Shown: positions 37,789 through 45,561 of the stretch, piece after piece
How positions within the stretch are numbered: position 1 is the stretch's first letter
Layout: every line of letters begins with the position of its first letter
NCBI GenBank assembly: GCA_963707215.1
Contig: CAVPPB010000003.1
Location: 768,001 to 832,000, forward strand
Length of the DNA: 64,000 bases
Direction of reading: 5' to 3'
Source of the DNA: an uncultured Chloroflexia bacterium
Lineage (GTDB): Bacteria; Chloroflexota; Limnocylindria; Limnocylindrales; CSP1-4
Program-made: the position numbers and the translations under genes
Notes under the pieces: generated by a model
Told to the model about the DNA's origin: nothing
Seen by the model: the letters and a program-made list of their open reading frames with translations, nothing else
Database searches by the model: none

Positions 37789-38112
37789 ATGCGTCGTCTC
37801 GTCCTCGCTCTCGGCCTGGCCGGTGCCCTCGCCGTCGCGACCGCCGGCTCGACCCTTGCCAGCCACACCCACGTCCGCATCCTGGGCAGCGGCCAGTGCG
37901 TGATCCTCGCCCCGGACGCCGGGGAGGAGGCCGTCCAGCTGCCGTTCGCCGACGGCTTCGTAGCCGATCGCCAGCACCCCCTCCACGTGCTCGTCCACCT
38001 CGGCCAGGCCGGCACCGGCCCCGACGGGGAGATGCGGGTCTGGGTCCAGGGCTCGGCCGGGGACCTGGCGAACTGCCAGGGCTACGTCAACGCCGCCGCG
38101 GACCGCGGCTGA
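37789..38112 (+). CDS. Small secreted His/Cys-containing protein
   Basis: Signal peptide MRRLVLALGLAGALAVATAGSTLA; mature part SHTH...C...HPLHVLVH...C. RBS AAGGAG. Confidence 0.7.
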   Translation: MRRLVLALGLAGALAVATAGSTLASHTHVRILGSGQCVILAPDAGEEAVQLPFADGFVADRQHPLHVLVHLGQAGTGPDGEMRVWVQGSAGDLANCQGYVNAAADRG

Positions 38113-38113
38113 G

Positions 38114-38932
38114 GTGAGCGGGTCCCGGCCGCTGGGCCGCGACCCTGCCGGCGCCTCCGGGTCACCGGAGGCTGCCGGGCTCCACCCGCTCGTCCCGATC
38201 CTCCTGCGCCTGTACCCGCGGGGGTGGCGGACCCGCTACGAGAGCGAGTTCCTGGCCCTCCTCGCGGACGGCGCCCTCACGCCGTCGACCTTCCCGGACA
38301 TCGTGCTGGCCGCGCTCGATGCACGGCTCAGCGGTGAGTACCCGATCACGGAGGGCGACGGCAGAAAGGCTCGATTCCGCATGCCTGCTCGTACCGTGCC
38401 CCTCGCCATCGTGGCTGGCGGCGCCTTCATCACCGCATCCATCGCGTTTGCCTTCGCGCTCGACGACGGCGACTGGGAGTTCCCAGGAGCGCTGCTCCTG
38501 CTGGGGTTCCCGATCGGGTTCGTCGTCCTGGCCGGCGGCATCATCGGGCTGGCGCTGGGCGATCGGACCGCGGATCCCGTCCTGCGAGGCATGGGGGTCC
38601 TCGCCGCCCTCCTCGGCGCGGCGGTCGCCGCGGCGATGCTCGGGATGGCCTTCCTCGGCGACGGCTGGTGGTACGCCTGGTCGGGCCTGTACATCGCGTT
38701 CACGTTCGCGTCCGGCGGGTTCGGCCTCCGGCTGGCTATGCTCGACCGGAGCCGGCTGATCCCAGGGGCCATCCTGGTAGGTGGCATCGCCGTTGGACTC
38801 CTCGGGGTTGGGTCATTCGCCGGGATCGCCCTGCCCGACGGGCTCGAGCTCATCCTCACCCTGCCGCTGGTCGGCTGGATCGCCCTCGGGATCGCCGAGC
38901 TCATGCGGGATCGGATGGTCCCAGCCGGCTGA
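38114..38932 (+). CDS. PadR-associated membrane protein
   Basis: LLRLYP..WR.RY..E N-terminal motif plus about 6 TM helices. Confidence 0.78.
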   Translation: MSGSRPLGRDPAGASGSPEAAGLHPLVPILLRLYPRGWRTRYESEFLALLADGALTPSTFPDIVLAALDARLSGEYPITEGDGRKARFRMPARTVPLAIVAGGAFITASIAFAFALDDGDWEFPGALLLLGFPIGFVVLAGGIIGLALGDRTADPVLRGMGVLAALLGAAVAAAMLGMAFLGDGWWYAWSGLYIAFTFASGGFGLRLAMLDRSRLIPGAILVGGIAVGLLGVGSFAGIALPDGLELILTLPLVGWIALGIAELMRDRMVPAG

Positions 38933-39107
38933 GGCCCGGTCACGGAGGCGCCGATCGCTCCGATGGCCGATCCCGGCGTCGCCGGCATCGGCCATCGGAC
39001 CCTTGCCGGGCCGCACCCCCCGGAACACACTGGAGCCGGGTCCGACGTCGGCCCCGTCGGTCGCCGTCGCGCAGACCCGGCGCGTGGGCACGCGCGAGGA
39101 GGCCGCC

Positions 39108-39734
39108 ATGACGACCACGAGGACACAGCGCGAGGGGATCGCCGAACGCCTGGACGTCCCGGTCGGCGATGTGCGAGCGGCCGAGGTCCAGGTCGAGTTC
39201 GGTGCCGGGCGCCTCGACATCGCCGCGGCCGAACCGGGCTTCCTCCTCCAGGGACGGTTCAACCCCGGAGCGCACTATCGCTTCGGTGCTGATCACGCGT
39301 ACGCCCTGATCCGACCCGACCCCGATACCTGGTACCGCTTCCGCGATTGGCACCTGCGCCTGGCCCGGGCGATCCCGACGCGTCTGCGCCTGGGCGGCGG
39401 GGTGAGCATCGCCGAGCTGGACCTGTCCGAGACGCGGGTCAACGACCTCCGCCTGGGCGGCGGGGTCGGGCGCACCAAGGTCGTCCTGCCGACCGCGGCC
39501 GGCCACGGGCACGTCCGCATCGAGGGCGGCATGGAATCGCTCGAGGTGGCGATCCCGGCCGGCGTGGAGGCCCGCATCCACACGCCGAGCCCGGCGCCGA
39601 ACCTGGTCTCCATCGACGAGCGACGCTTCCCCAAGGTCGCGCCCGGCCGCTGGCAGAGCGCCGGCTACGACGTCGCCATCCACCGTTTCGAGATCGAGGC
39701 GGAGATCGGCTTCGTGTCGCTGACCGTGCGCTGA
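39108..39734 (+). CDS. LiaF/toast-rack-like beta-solenoid protein
   Basis: Repeated L.L.GG / V.I.GG strands (FGAGRLDI, LGGGVS..ELDLS, IEGGM). RBS GAGGAGG. Confidence 0.68.
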   Translation: MTTTRTQREGIAERLDVPVGDVRAAEVQVEFGAGRLDIAAAEPGFLLQGRFNPGAHYRFGADHAYALIRPDPDTWYRFRDWHLRLARAIPTRLRLGGGVSIAELDLSETRVNDLRLGGGVGRTKVVLPTAAGHGHVRIEGGMESLEVAIPAGVEARIHTPSPAPNLVSIDERRFPKVAPGRWQSAGYDVAIHRFEIEAEIGFVSLTVR

Positions 39735-39756
39735 CGACGGCGCGCCTGGACGACAG

Positions 39757-39790
39757 GCGCAGGCGGAGCCCGGGCGCAGGCGGAGCCCGG
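39757..39790. repeat. Exact 17-bp tandem duplication between convergent genes
   Basis: GCGCAGGCGGAGCCCGG occurs twice. Confidence 0.85.
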
Positions 39791-39792
39791 GC

Positions 39793-40305
39793 TCAGACGG
39801 ACTCGACCTCGGTGCGGAGGTCGACCGCCCGGCGGATCGCATCGGCGACCGGCGAGTTCGCCTCGGCGGCCTCCAGGACCTCACGGATCGTGGCCTCGTC
39901 GGCGCCCTCGGCGCCGATACGGATCTTCGTGCGGACCACGACGGGCCCGGGCGAGACGCCGTCCATGCCGAACAGGCCGCGGTCGTCGGAGTCGCTCTCT
40001 ACCTCCACCTCGAGGGTGGTCAGCTCGACGCCTCGACGAGCGGCCTCCATCGCGATGACCGTCGCGTCGCAGGTCGCGAGGGCGGCCCGCAGCAGCCAGC
40101 CGGGCGACGGGGCACTACCGTCACCACCGACGGCCGGGGCCATGTCCGTGACGGCCTCCTGGCCGCGGGGCCCGGTCGCCCGGAAGCGGAGTGCCCCGTC
40201 GCGGACGGCCACGGCCGGCGGATCGGTGGTCGGGCCCTCGTCAGGGTTCGCCTCGAGGTAGGCGATCACGCCCTCCATGGAACCCCGGATCCGAGCGGTC
40301 GTCAT
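39793..40305 (-). CDS. OsmC-family protein
   Basis: TDM...GG.GSAPSPG.LL.AALATC and SPV motifs; the second Cys appears replaced (NSPV). Confidence 0.85.
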   Translation of the reverse strand: MTTARIRGSMEGVIAYLEANPDEGPTTDPPAVAVRDGALRFRATGPRGQEAVTDMAPAVGGDGSAPSPGWLLRAALATCDATVIAMEAARRGVELTTLEVEVESDSDDRGLFGMDGVSPGPVVVRTKIRIGAEGADEATIREVLEAAEANSPVADAIRRAVDLRTEVESV

Positions 40306-40316
40306 CGGTCCCTCCC

Positions 40317-41279
40317 TCAGGCGGACTTGCGCCTCCGGGACCTCGCCCCGGCCGCTTCGGCCTCCTCGGCTGCCTCCGGCTCCTGCCCGGGTGCCTCGGC
40401 GTCGGCTGCCGCGGCCTTCCGGCGGCCCGCGGCCCGCCGCTTCGCGTCGGCCACCGGGACCGGCGCCTCCGGAGAGGCATCCCGGGCCGCGGCGGCGGCC
40501 TTGACGCTCGCCTCGAGGGCGGCCATGAGATCGATGAGCGCTCCGCCCGCTTCCGCCTCGGGCGCCTCGACGACCTCGCGACCCTCGATCTTCGACTCGA
40601 TGACGCCCCGCAGCGCCTCCTGGTACTCGTCGCGGTACTGCGCCGGATCGAACTCGCCGGTCATCGCCTCGACGAGCTGGGCGGCCATCAGCTTCTCGGC
40701 CGGCTTGAATTCGTAGGTCTCGTCGCCGAGGTCGAGCTCACCGACCGACCGGATCTCGTCCGGCCAGTGGAGCGTCGTGAGGAGCATCGTCCCCTCGAAC
40801 GGGTCGAGCGCGGCGAGCGCCTCGCGATCCTTGATGACGACCTTGCAGACCGCGGTGAGGCCACGCTCGGCGAGGACCTCGCGCAGGAGCATGAAGGCCT
40901 TGCGGCCGATCTTGTCGGGCTCGACGTAGTAGGCCTGCTTGACGAAACGGGTCTGGGCGGTGCCGTCCTCCGCCTCCGCTCGGGGGACGAACTGCTCGAT
41001 CTCGATCGAGCGGACCGTCTTGAGCGGGACGTGCTCCAGGTCGTCGTCGGTGATGACCACGTACTCACCGGGCGCGTACTCGTAGCCGCGGACCGTGTCG
41101 GAGCGCGAGATGATCGCTTCGTCGACCGGGCACCAGACCTTCATCTGGATCCGGCTCAGGTCATCCTCGTGGAGGAGGTTGAAGCTGATCGTGCTCTTCA
41201 ATTCGGTCGCCACGTAGAGCTTGACCGGGATGGTCACGAGGCCGAACTGGATGGCCCCCTTCCACATCGCGCGCGCCAT
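40317..41279 (-). CDS. ku: NHEJ Ku protein
   Basis: MARAMWKGAIQFGLVTIPVKLY, RGYEY, YYVEP, Y.DEY and DLMAALEASV motifs, with a basic tail. Confidence 0.96.
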   Translation of the reverse strand: MARAMWKGAIQFGLVTIPVKLYVATELKSTISFNLLHEDDLSRIQMKVWCPVDEAIISRSDTVRGYEYAPGEYVVITDDDLEHVPLKTVRSIEIEQFVPRAEAEDGTAQTRFVKQAYYVEPDKIGRKAFMLLREVLAERGLTAVCKVVIKDREALAALDPFEGTMLLTTLHWPDEIRSVGELDLGDETYEFKPAEKLMAAQLVEAMTGEFDPAQYRDEYQEALRGVIESKIEGREVVEAPEAEAGGALIDLMAALEASVKAAAAARDASPEAPVPVADAKRRAAGRRKAAAADAEAPGQEPEAAEEAEAAGARSRRRKSA

Positions 41280-41446
41280 GGCGTGGGTCCTCGATGCTCC
41301 GGCCGGCGGGGGCCCTTTCCCGGTGACCTGTCCCGCGGAGCCGGGGACGGTCACGGTAGCACGGGATGGCAAGACATCCGTCGGCGCAGGATCCGGCGGC
41401 AGGTGCCTTGACGGGGCATGATTCGGGGCATGAGGACGGCCCGGAC

Positions 41447-41824
41447 ATGACCGCCGAACTTGGCCGCCGCGGCCGACTCATCGTCGGGTTCGTCCTGATC
41501 GGGGCCGTCGTCGTCGCCGGCTGCTTCGAACGCGAGGCGGAGCGGTTGGGCCGCGAGCACGAGGAGCGGCTGGCAGCGGTCGGTCTCGTCCTCGAGGGGA
41601 CCCTCGTCTACCCGCCGCGCGGGTCGGTGCCCCACTGGGTCATCGAGGCCACGATCGCCGGCGGCGAGGCCGCGGCCGAGGCGACCTGCGCGACGATCGA
41701 GGGCGTCCCGATGGAGGACGGCGAGCTGCCCTACCTGGTCCGCGTCGCCTTCGAGCCGGCGGGCGAGGTCGAGTGCGGCTGGGCCAAGGCCGGCCTGGAG
41801 CCCGAGCCCGTCCCGAGCGGTTGA
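41447..41824 (+). CDS. Putative lipoprotein
   Basis: Basic N-terminus, hydrophobic core and lipobox VAGC. Confidence 0.55.
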   Translation: MTAELGRRGRLIVGFVLIGAVVVAGCFEREAERLGREHEERLAAVGLVLEGTLVYPPRGSVPHWVIEATIAGGEAAAEATCATIEGVPMEDGELPYLVRVAFEPAGEVECGWAKAGLEPEPVPSG

Positions 41825-41868
41825 CCTGCCGGCCCGCGAGGCCAGGGCGTTGGCGATGCCGGCGCGAT

Positions 41869-43242
41869 TCAGCCGGCCCGGAGCTGTGACTCCGCCTCGG
41901 CGACCCTGGCGAGGACCCCGCTTCGCAGGGTGTCCAGGCCGCTCCAGACCGTCTTGGTCGCGTTACCGATGGAGGTGAGCTGGGCCTTGAGCCCCTTGAT
42001 CGCCTCGAGCTGCTCGCGGATGCCGTCGAGGGCGGCCTTGACGGCGACCGGGTCGATCTCCACCTCGCGCTCGTCGAGGGTCGCGACCGCCAGGAGCCGA
42101 GCCAGGCGGACCGCGGCTTCCAGCGTGGCCGCGTCCGGGGTCTCCGGGTCGATGACGCAATAGACGTCACCGGCCCGGATGTCGAACGGGGCCACCCCGG
42201 TCGGAGCGTGCTCGGGCGTGAAGACGATGAGGGCGACGGCCGCCGAGCGGTTCTCCTTGGCCTCGCGCAGCTCATCGCGGATGGCCCGGGCCGACATCGT
42301 CCGGTCCTTCGCTTCGACCACGACCCGGACGTCCGCCCCTCGGGCCATCGACTCGCCGATCGTGATGACGAAGTCGCCTTTCTTCGATCTGAGCGTGTCA
42401 CCAGCCTCGTCGCTGGTCCGGTCGAGCAGGTCGCCGGCGCCCCGGGCCAGCTCCGCCAGCATCCCCTCGAGAAGATCCTCGAAGTCGCCCCCCTTGGCCG
42501 TCCCCCTGGCTCGCTCAGCGGCCCGGGCCTGGCCCGCGGCCTCAAGGGCGGCGAGACGCTCGTGCAGCCCGGCGAATCCGTCGGCGACCTCCTGGCGGAA
42601 CTGGTGGAGCGGCGAACCCATCCGGGTCGGGTCGAGCAGCGTGGCGAGCTTGCTGGCATCACCGTCGAAGTACGTCCCGAGCAGCTGGCGCATCCGGCCG
42701 ATGGCGCTGTCGCGCTTGGTCTCGTCGAACAGCTCGTTGACGAAGGTCCGCAGCGCCCCGCGGTCGCCGAGGAAGCGCTCGAGGGTGCGCGGCAGGCGGC
42801 CGTCCTCGTCGGCGAAGTTGGCCCGGAGCGTGTCCTCGAGGGCCTTCGTGGCCTGCTCGTTCGACCGCTCGGCCTGGCGCAGGAGCTTGTCGAACTCGGC
42901 TCGGACGACGTCGACATTCATCGTGACGCCTGCGTCCTGGAGGGCGAGGAGGCCGATCCGCAGGGCGCGCTCGACGAGGGCCGGGCGCTCGGCTTCCGGC
43001 CGCTCGCCGACGAACGCGGCGAGGGTCGGATCAGCGAGGACGAGTCGCTCGACCACGAGCCGCTCCTCGCCGACGGCGATGACGGCCGGTCCGGCGGGAG
43101 GAAGCGGCAAGCGCTCCGCGCGGTCCGGGTGCTCGGCCCGATCCGGCCGCTCCGGGCGCGAGGGATGGGCGGGCTCGGTCTCCGGGGACCGGACCGAGCG
43201 CACGGGCGATGCGACGGGGAATTCGACGACGGTGGTCTCCAT
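41869..43242 (-). CDS. Coiled-coil protein with PD-(D/E)xK nuclease domain (RmuC/DUF2130-like)
   Basis: Long helical region, then KGGDFE...KKGDFV...VVVEAKD...LREAKENR, then a C-terminal coil. Start ATG 43242. Confidence 0.8.
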   Translation of the reverse strand: METTVVEFPVASPVRSVRSPETEPAHPSRPERPDRAEHPDRAERLPLPPAGPAVIAVGEERLVVERLVLADPTLAAFVGERPEAERPALVERALRIGLLALQDAGVTMNVDVVRAEFDKLLRQAERSNEQATKALEDTLRANFADEDGRLPRTLERFLGDRGALRTFVNELFDETKRDSAIGRMRQLLGTYFDGDASKLATLLDPTRMGSPLHQFRQEVADGFAGLHERLAALEAAGQARAAERARGTAKGGDFEDLLEGMLAELARGAGDLLDRTSDEAGDTLRSKKGDFVITIGESMARGADVRVVVEAKDRTMSARAIRDELREAKENRSAAVALIVFTPEHAPTGVAPFDIRAGDVYCVIDPETPDAATLEAAVRLARLLAVATLDEREVEIDPVAVKAALDGIREQLEAIKGLKAQLTSIGNATKTVWSGLDTLRSGVLARVAEAESQLRAG

Positions 43243-43249
43243 GGCCACG

Positions 43250-43286
43250 ATCCTGGACCCCGTCCGTGACAGGTAGCGTGTCACGG
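43250..43286 (-). promoter_or_regulatory. Palindromic operator and TGTCAC-N10-CAGGAT promoter of the nuclease gene
   Basis: Perfect CCGTGACA-N7-TGTCACGG (43264-43286). The minus strand reads TGTCAC-N10-CAGGAT-N7-ATG. Confidence 0.6.
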
Positions 43287-43369
43287 CGCAGCCCGGTGTC
43301 AGGGCGATCGCGCCGAAGGCCCCGCGGGGGCGGGCCGCCGGGTCGTACCATCCGCGCAGGGAGGTGCCG

Positions 43370-43561
43370 ATGTTCGATCGCTTCCGCGACGCCTACCTGG
43401 CGATCGCGATCCTGTCGGTGGCCGCGGCCGTCGGTCTCGAGCGCTTCGCTCCCGTCAGCCAGGCGATAGACCTGCTCATCGGCCTGCTGCTGATCCTGGC
43501 GATCGTGATCAGCGCGCTGGCCGTCGTGACGACGGTCCGAGGGGGCCCGACGCCGCGCTGA
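43370..43561 (+). CDS. Small two-TM membrane protein
   Basis: RBS GGAGGT, upstream TACCAT, two hydrophobic helices. Confidence 0.6.
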   Translation: MFDRFRDAYLAIAILSVAAAVGLERFAPVSQAIDLLIGLLLILAIVISALAVVTTVRGGPTPR

Positions 43562-43605
43562 GGCGACGCGTGGACGGCCCCGAGGACCGGTCGGTCCGAG
43601 CCGCC

Positions 43606-43962
43606 CTAGCCGAGCGGCCCGAGCGGGCTGTAGATCGAGAGGCGGTAGCCGTCCGGGTCGTGGAGCCAGGCGTGCCGGGCGCCCCACGGTTGGTCAGACG
43701 GCTCGGTGACGTCGATCCCGGCGGCCCGCAGCCGCGCCGCGGCCGTGTCGACGTCCGGGACCCGCACGACGAGCTCGATGCCGACCGCACCGACGCTGGC
43801 CTCGGGTCGCTCCTCGAGGCCCATGTGGAACCCGTCGCCGCCGCCGACGCGGAGATAGCCACCGCCCTCGGCAAGGACCTCGAGCCCGAGGTAGTCCACG
43901 TAGAAGCGCCTGGCGCGCTCGACGTCGCGCACGTGGACGAAGAGGTGGCTCAGGGTCGCCAT
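43606..43962 (-). CDS. VOC/glyoxalase-family protein
   Basis: H..VHVRDVERARRFY..LG and P.DQPWG.R...DPDGY motifs. Confidence 0.9.
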   Translation of the reverse strand: MATLSHLFVHVRDVERARRFYVDYLGLEVLAEGGGYLRVGGGDGFHMGLEERPEASVGAVGIELVVRVPDVDTAAARLRAAGIDVTEPSDQPWGARHAWLHDPDGYRLSIYSPLGPLG

Positions 43963-44097
43963 GGTGGCACGCTACCAGAGTGAAGATGGCCCGTGGCGGC
44001 TCCCGCGCAGCGGTATGGGCCGGGCGCCGGGCGAGCGATGCGAGCCAGGCGATCGGCGGGCTCCCGGCGAGCCAGGCGACGACGGATCGCCTGCCGT

Positions 44098-45561
44098 CTA
44101 CCAGCCGGCGGCGTCGCGGACCAGGCGGTGGAGGACCCGCGCCGCGATCGTCCGGCGGTACTCCGCCGTAGAGCGGATGTCGTCGATCGGCGCGAGCTCG
44201 GCCGCCAGCGCCTCGGCCGCGCGATCAGCGATCTCCGGTGTCGGGGCCGAGCCCTCCAGGGCGGCCTCGGCGGCCGCGGCCCGGATCGGCACCGGGGCCA
44301 CCGACCCGAGGGCGACCCGGACGCCATGCCAGGCGATCCCGGTCCCGCCGTCGTCGGGTCCCTGGCGCCAGGCCAGGGCCACGCTGACCTTGGAGATCGC
44401 CTGTGCCTTGCGGGTCCCCACCTTGCGGAATCGGACCTCGCGGCCCGGCACGATCGGGACACGGATCCGCAGGATCAGCTCGTCGGGTTCTCGTGCGGTC
44501 CGGCGATAGGCCGGGTGGAACTCGGCCATCGCGACGGTCCGCTCCCCGCGCGGCCCACCGAGGACGACCTCGGCGTCGAGGGCCATTAGGATCGGCAGCA
44601 TGTCGCCGGCCGGTGAGGCCGTGGCGAGGTTGCCGCCGATCGTGCCCCGGTGCTGGATCTGGACCGCGCCGACAGTGGCCGCAGCCTCGACGAGGGCCGG
44701 GGCGATCTCGGTCGCGAGGGCAGAGCGCTGGAGCTCGGAGTAGGTGGCCAGCGCGCCGATGACGAGCGTCCGCGGCTCGAGGGAGATCCCACGAAGCTCG
44801 CGCAGCCGCCACAGGTCGAGGACGCGCGCCGGTGGCTCGGCCCCGGCAGCGAGCTCCACGAGCAGGTCGGTCGCCCCGGCCATCGGGCGCCAGCCGTCGC
44901 CCTCGGCCAGGAGCGTGTAGGCCTCGGCGAGGGTGCTCGGCGAGGCGACCGGCGGCTCGACCAGCACCGTGGACGGCATGGCCTCGACGGGCCTCGGGTC
45001 AGCAGCCTCCCGTGAGGCGCCGCGGCGGGTCCCTGCACGAGCCGTCGCCTCGGAGCCACCCACGTGGCGCTCGACGGCCGCCGCGGCGATGGCCTCGACG
45101 ATCTTGGTGTAGCCCGTGCAGCGGCAGAGGTTGCCGGCGATGGCAGCCCGGATCTCCGCCTCGTCGGGTCCACCGCCGTCGTCGAGATAGGCCTCGGCCG
45201 CCATGAGGATCCCCGGCGTGCAGATGCCGCACTGGGCGGCCCCGAGCTCGAGGAACGCCCGCTGGAGCGGCGCGAGGACCGGCCGTCCCTCCGCGTCTAC
45301 GAGCGGGCCGCTGCCGTCGGCCGGCGCCAACCCCTCGACGGTCCGCACCGTGTGGCCGTCGACCTGGCAGACCGGCACGAGGCAGGAGACGACCGGGCCG
45401 GAGTCGACGATGACGGTGCAGGCGCCACACTCGCCCTCGCCGCAGCCCTCCTTCGTCCCGGTGTAGCCGAGGTCCTCCCGGAGGACGTCGAGCAGGCGGC
45501 GCATCCCCGGCACGTCGACCTCTACGGGATCGCCGTTCAAGAGGAACCGGATGGTGGTCAC
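44098..45561 (-). CDS. Xanthine dehydrogenase-family 2Fe-2S subunit fused to the FAD-binding subunit
   Basis: KEGCGEGECGAC, QCGICTPG and GNLCRCTGY, then AGATDL, TIGGNLATASPAGD and PIDDIRSTAEYR. GTG 45561 overlaps the upstream stop. Confidence 0.9.
   Translation of the reverse strand: MTTIRFLLNGDPVEVDVPGMRRLLDVLREDLGYTGTKEGCGEGECGACTVIVDSGPVVSCLVPVCQVDGHTVRTVEGLAPADGSGPLVDAEGRPVLAPLQRAFLELGAAQCGICTPGILMAAEAYLDDGGGPDEAEIRAAIAGNLCRCTGYTKIVEAIAAAAVERHVGGSEATARAGTRRGASREAADPRPVEAMPSTVLVEPPVASPSTLAEAYTLLAEGDGWRPMAGATDLLVELAAGAEPPARVLDLWRLRELRGISLEPRTLVIGALATYSELQRSALATEIAPALVEAAATVGAVQIQHRGTIGGNLATASPAGDMLPILMALDAEVVLGGPRGERTVAMAEFHPAYRRTAREPDELILRIRVPIVPGREVRFRKVGTRKAQAISKVSVALAWRQGPDDGGTGIAWHGVRVALGSVAPVPIRAAAAEAALEGSAPTPEIADRAAEALAAELAPIDDIRSTAEYRRTIAARVLHRLVRDAAGW

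Noticed and set aside
39757-39790. 17-bp tandem repeat as a CRISPR or regulatory array
   Set aside because: Only two adjacent copies, no spacers and no cas genes; a simple slippage duplication.
44040-44080. 13-bp direct repeat GCGAGCCAGGCGA between VOC and xdh
   Set aside because: Short, GC-rich and only two copies, so compatible with chance or local duplication.
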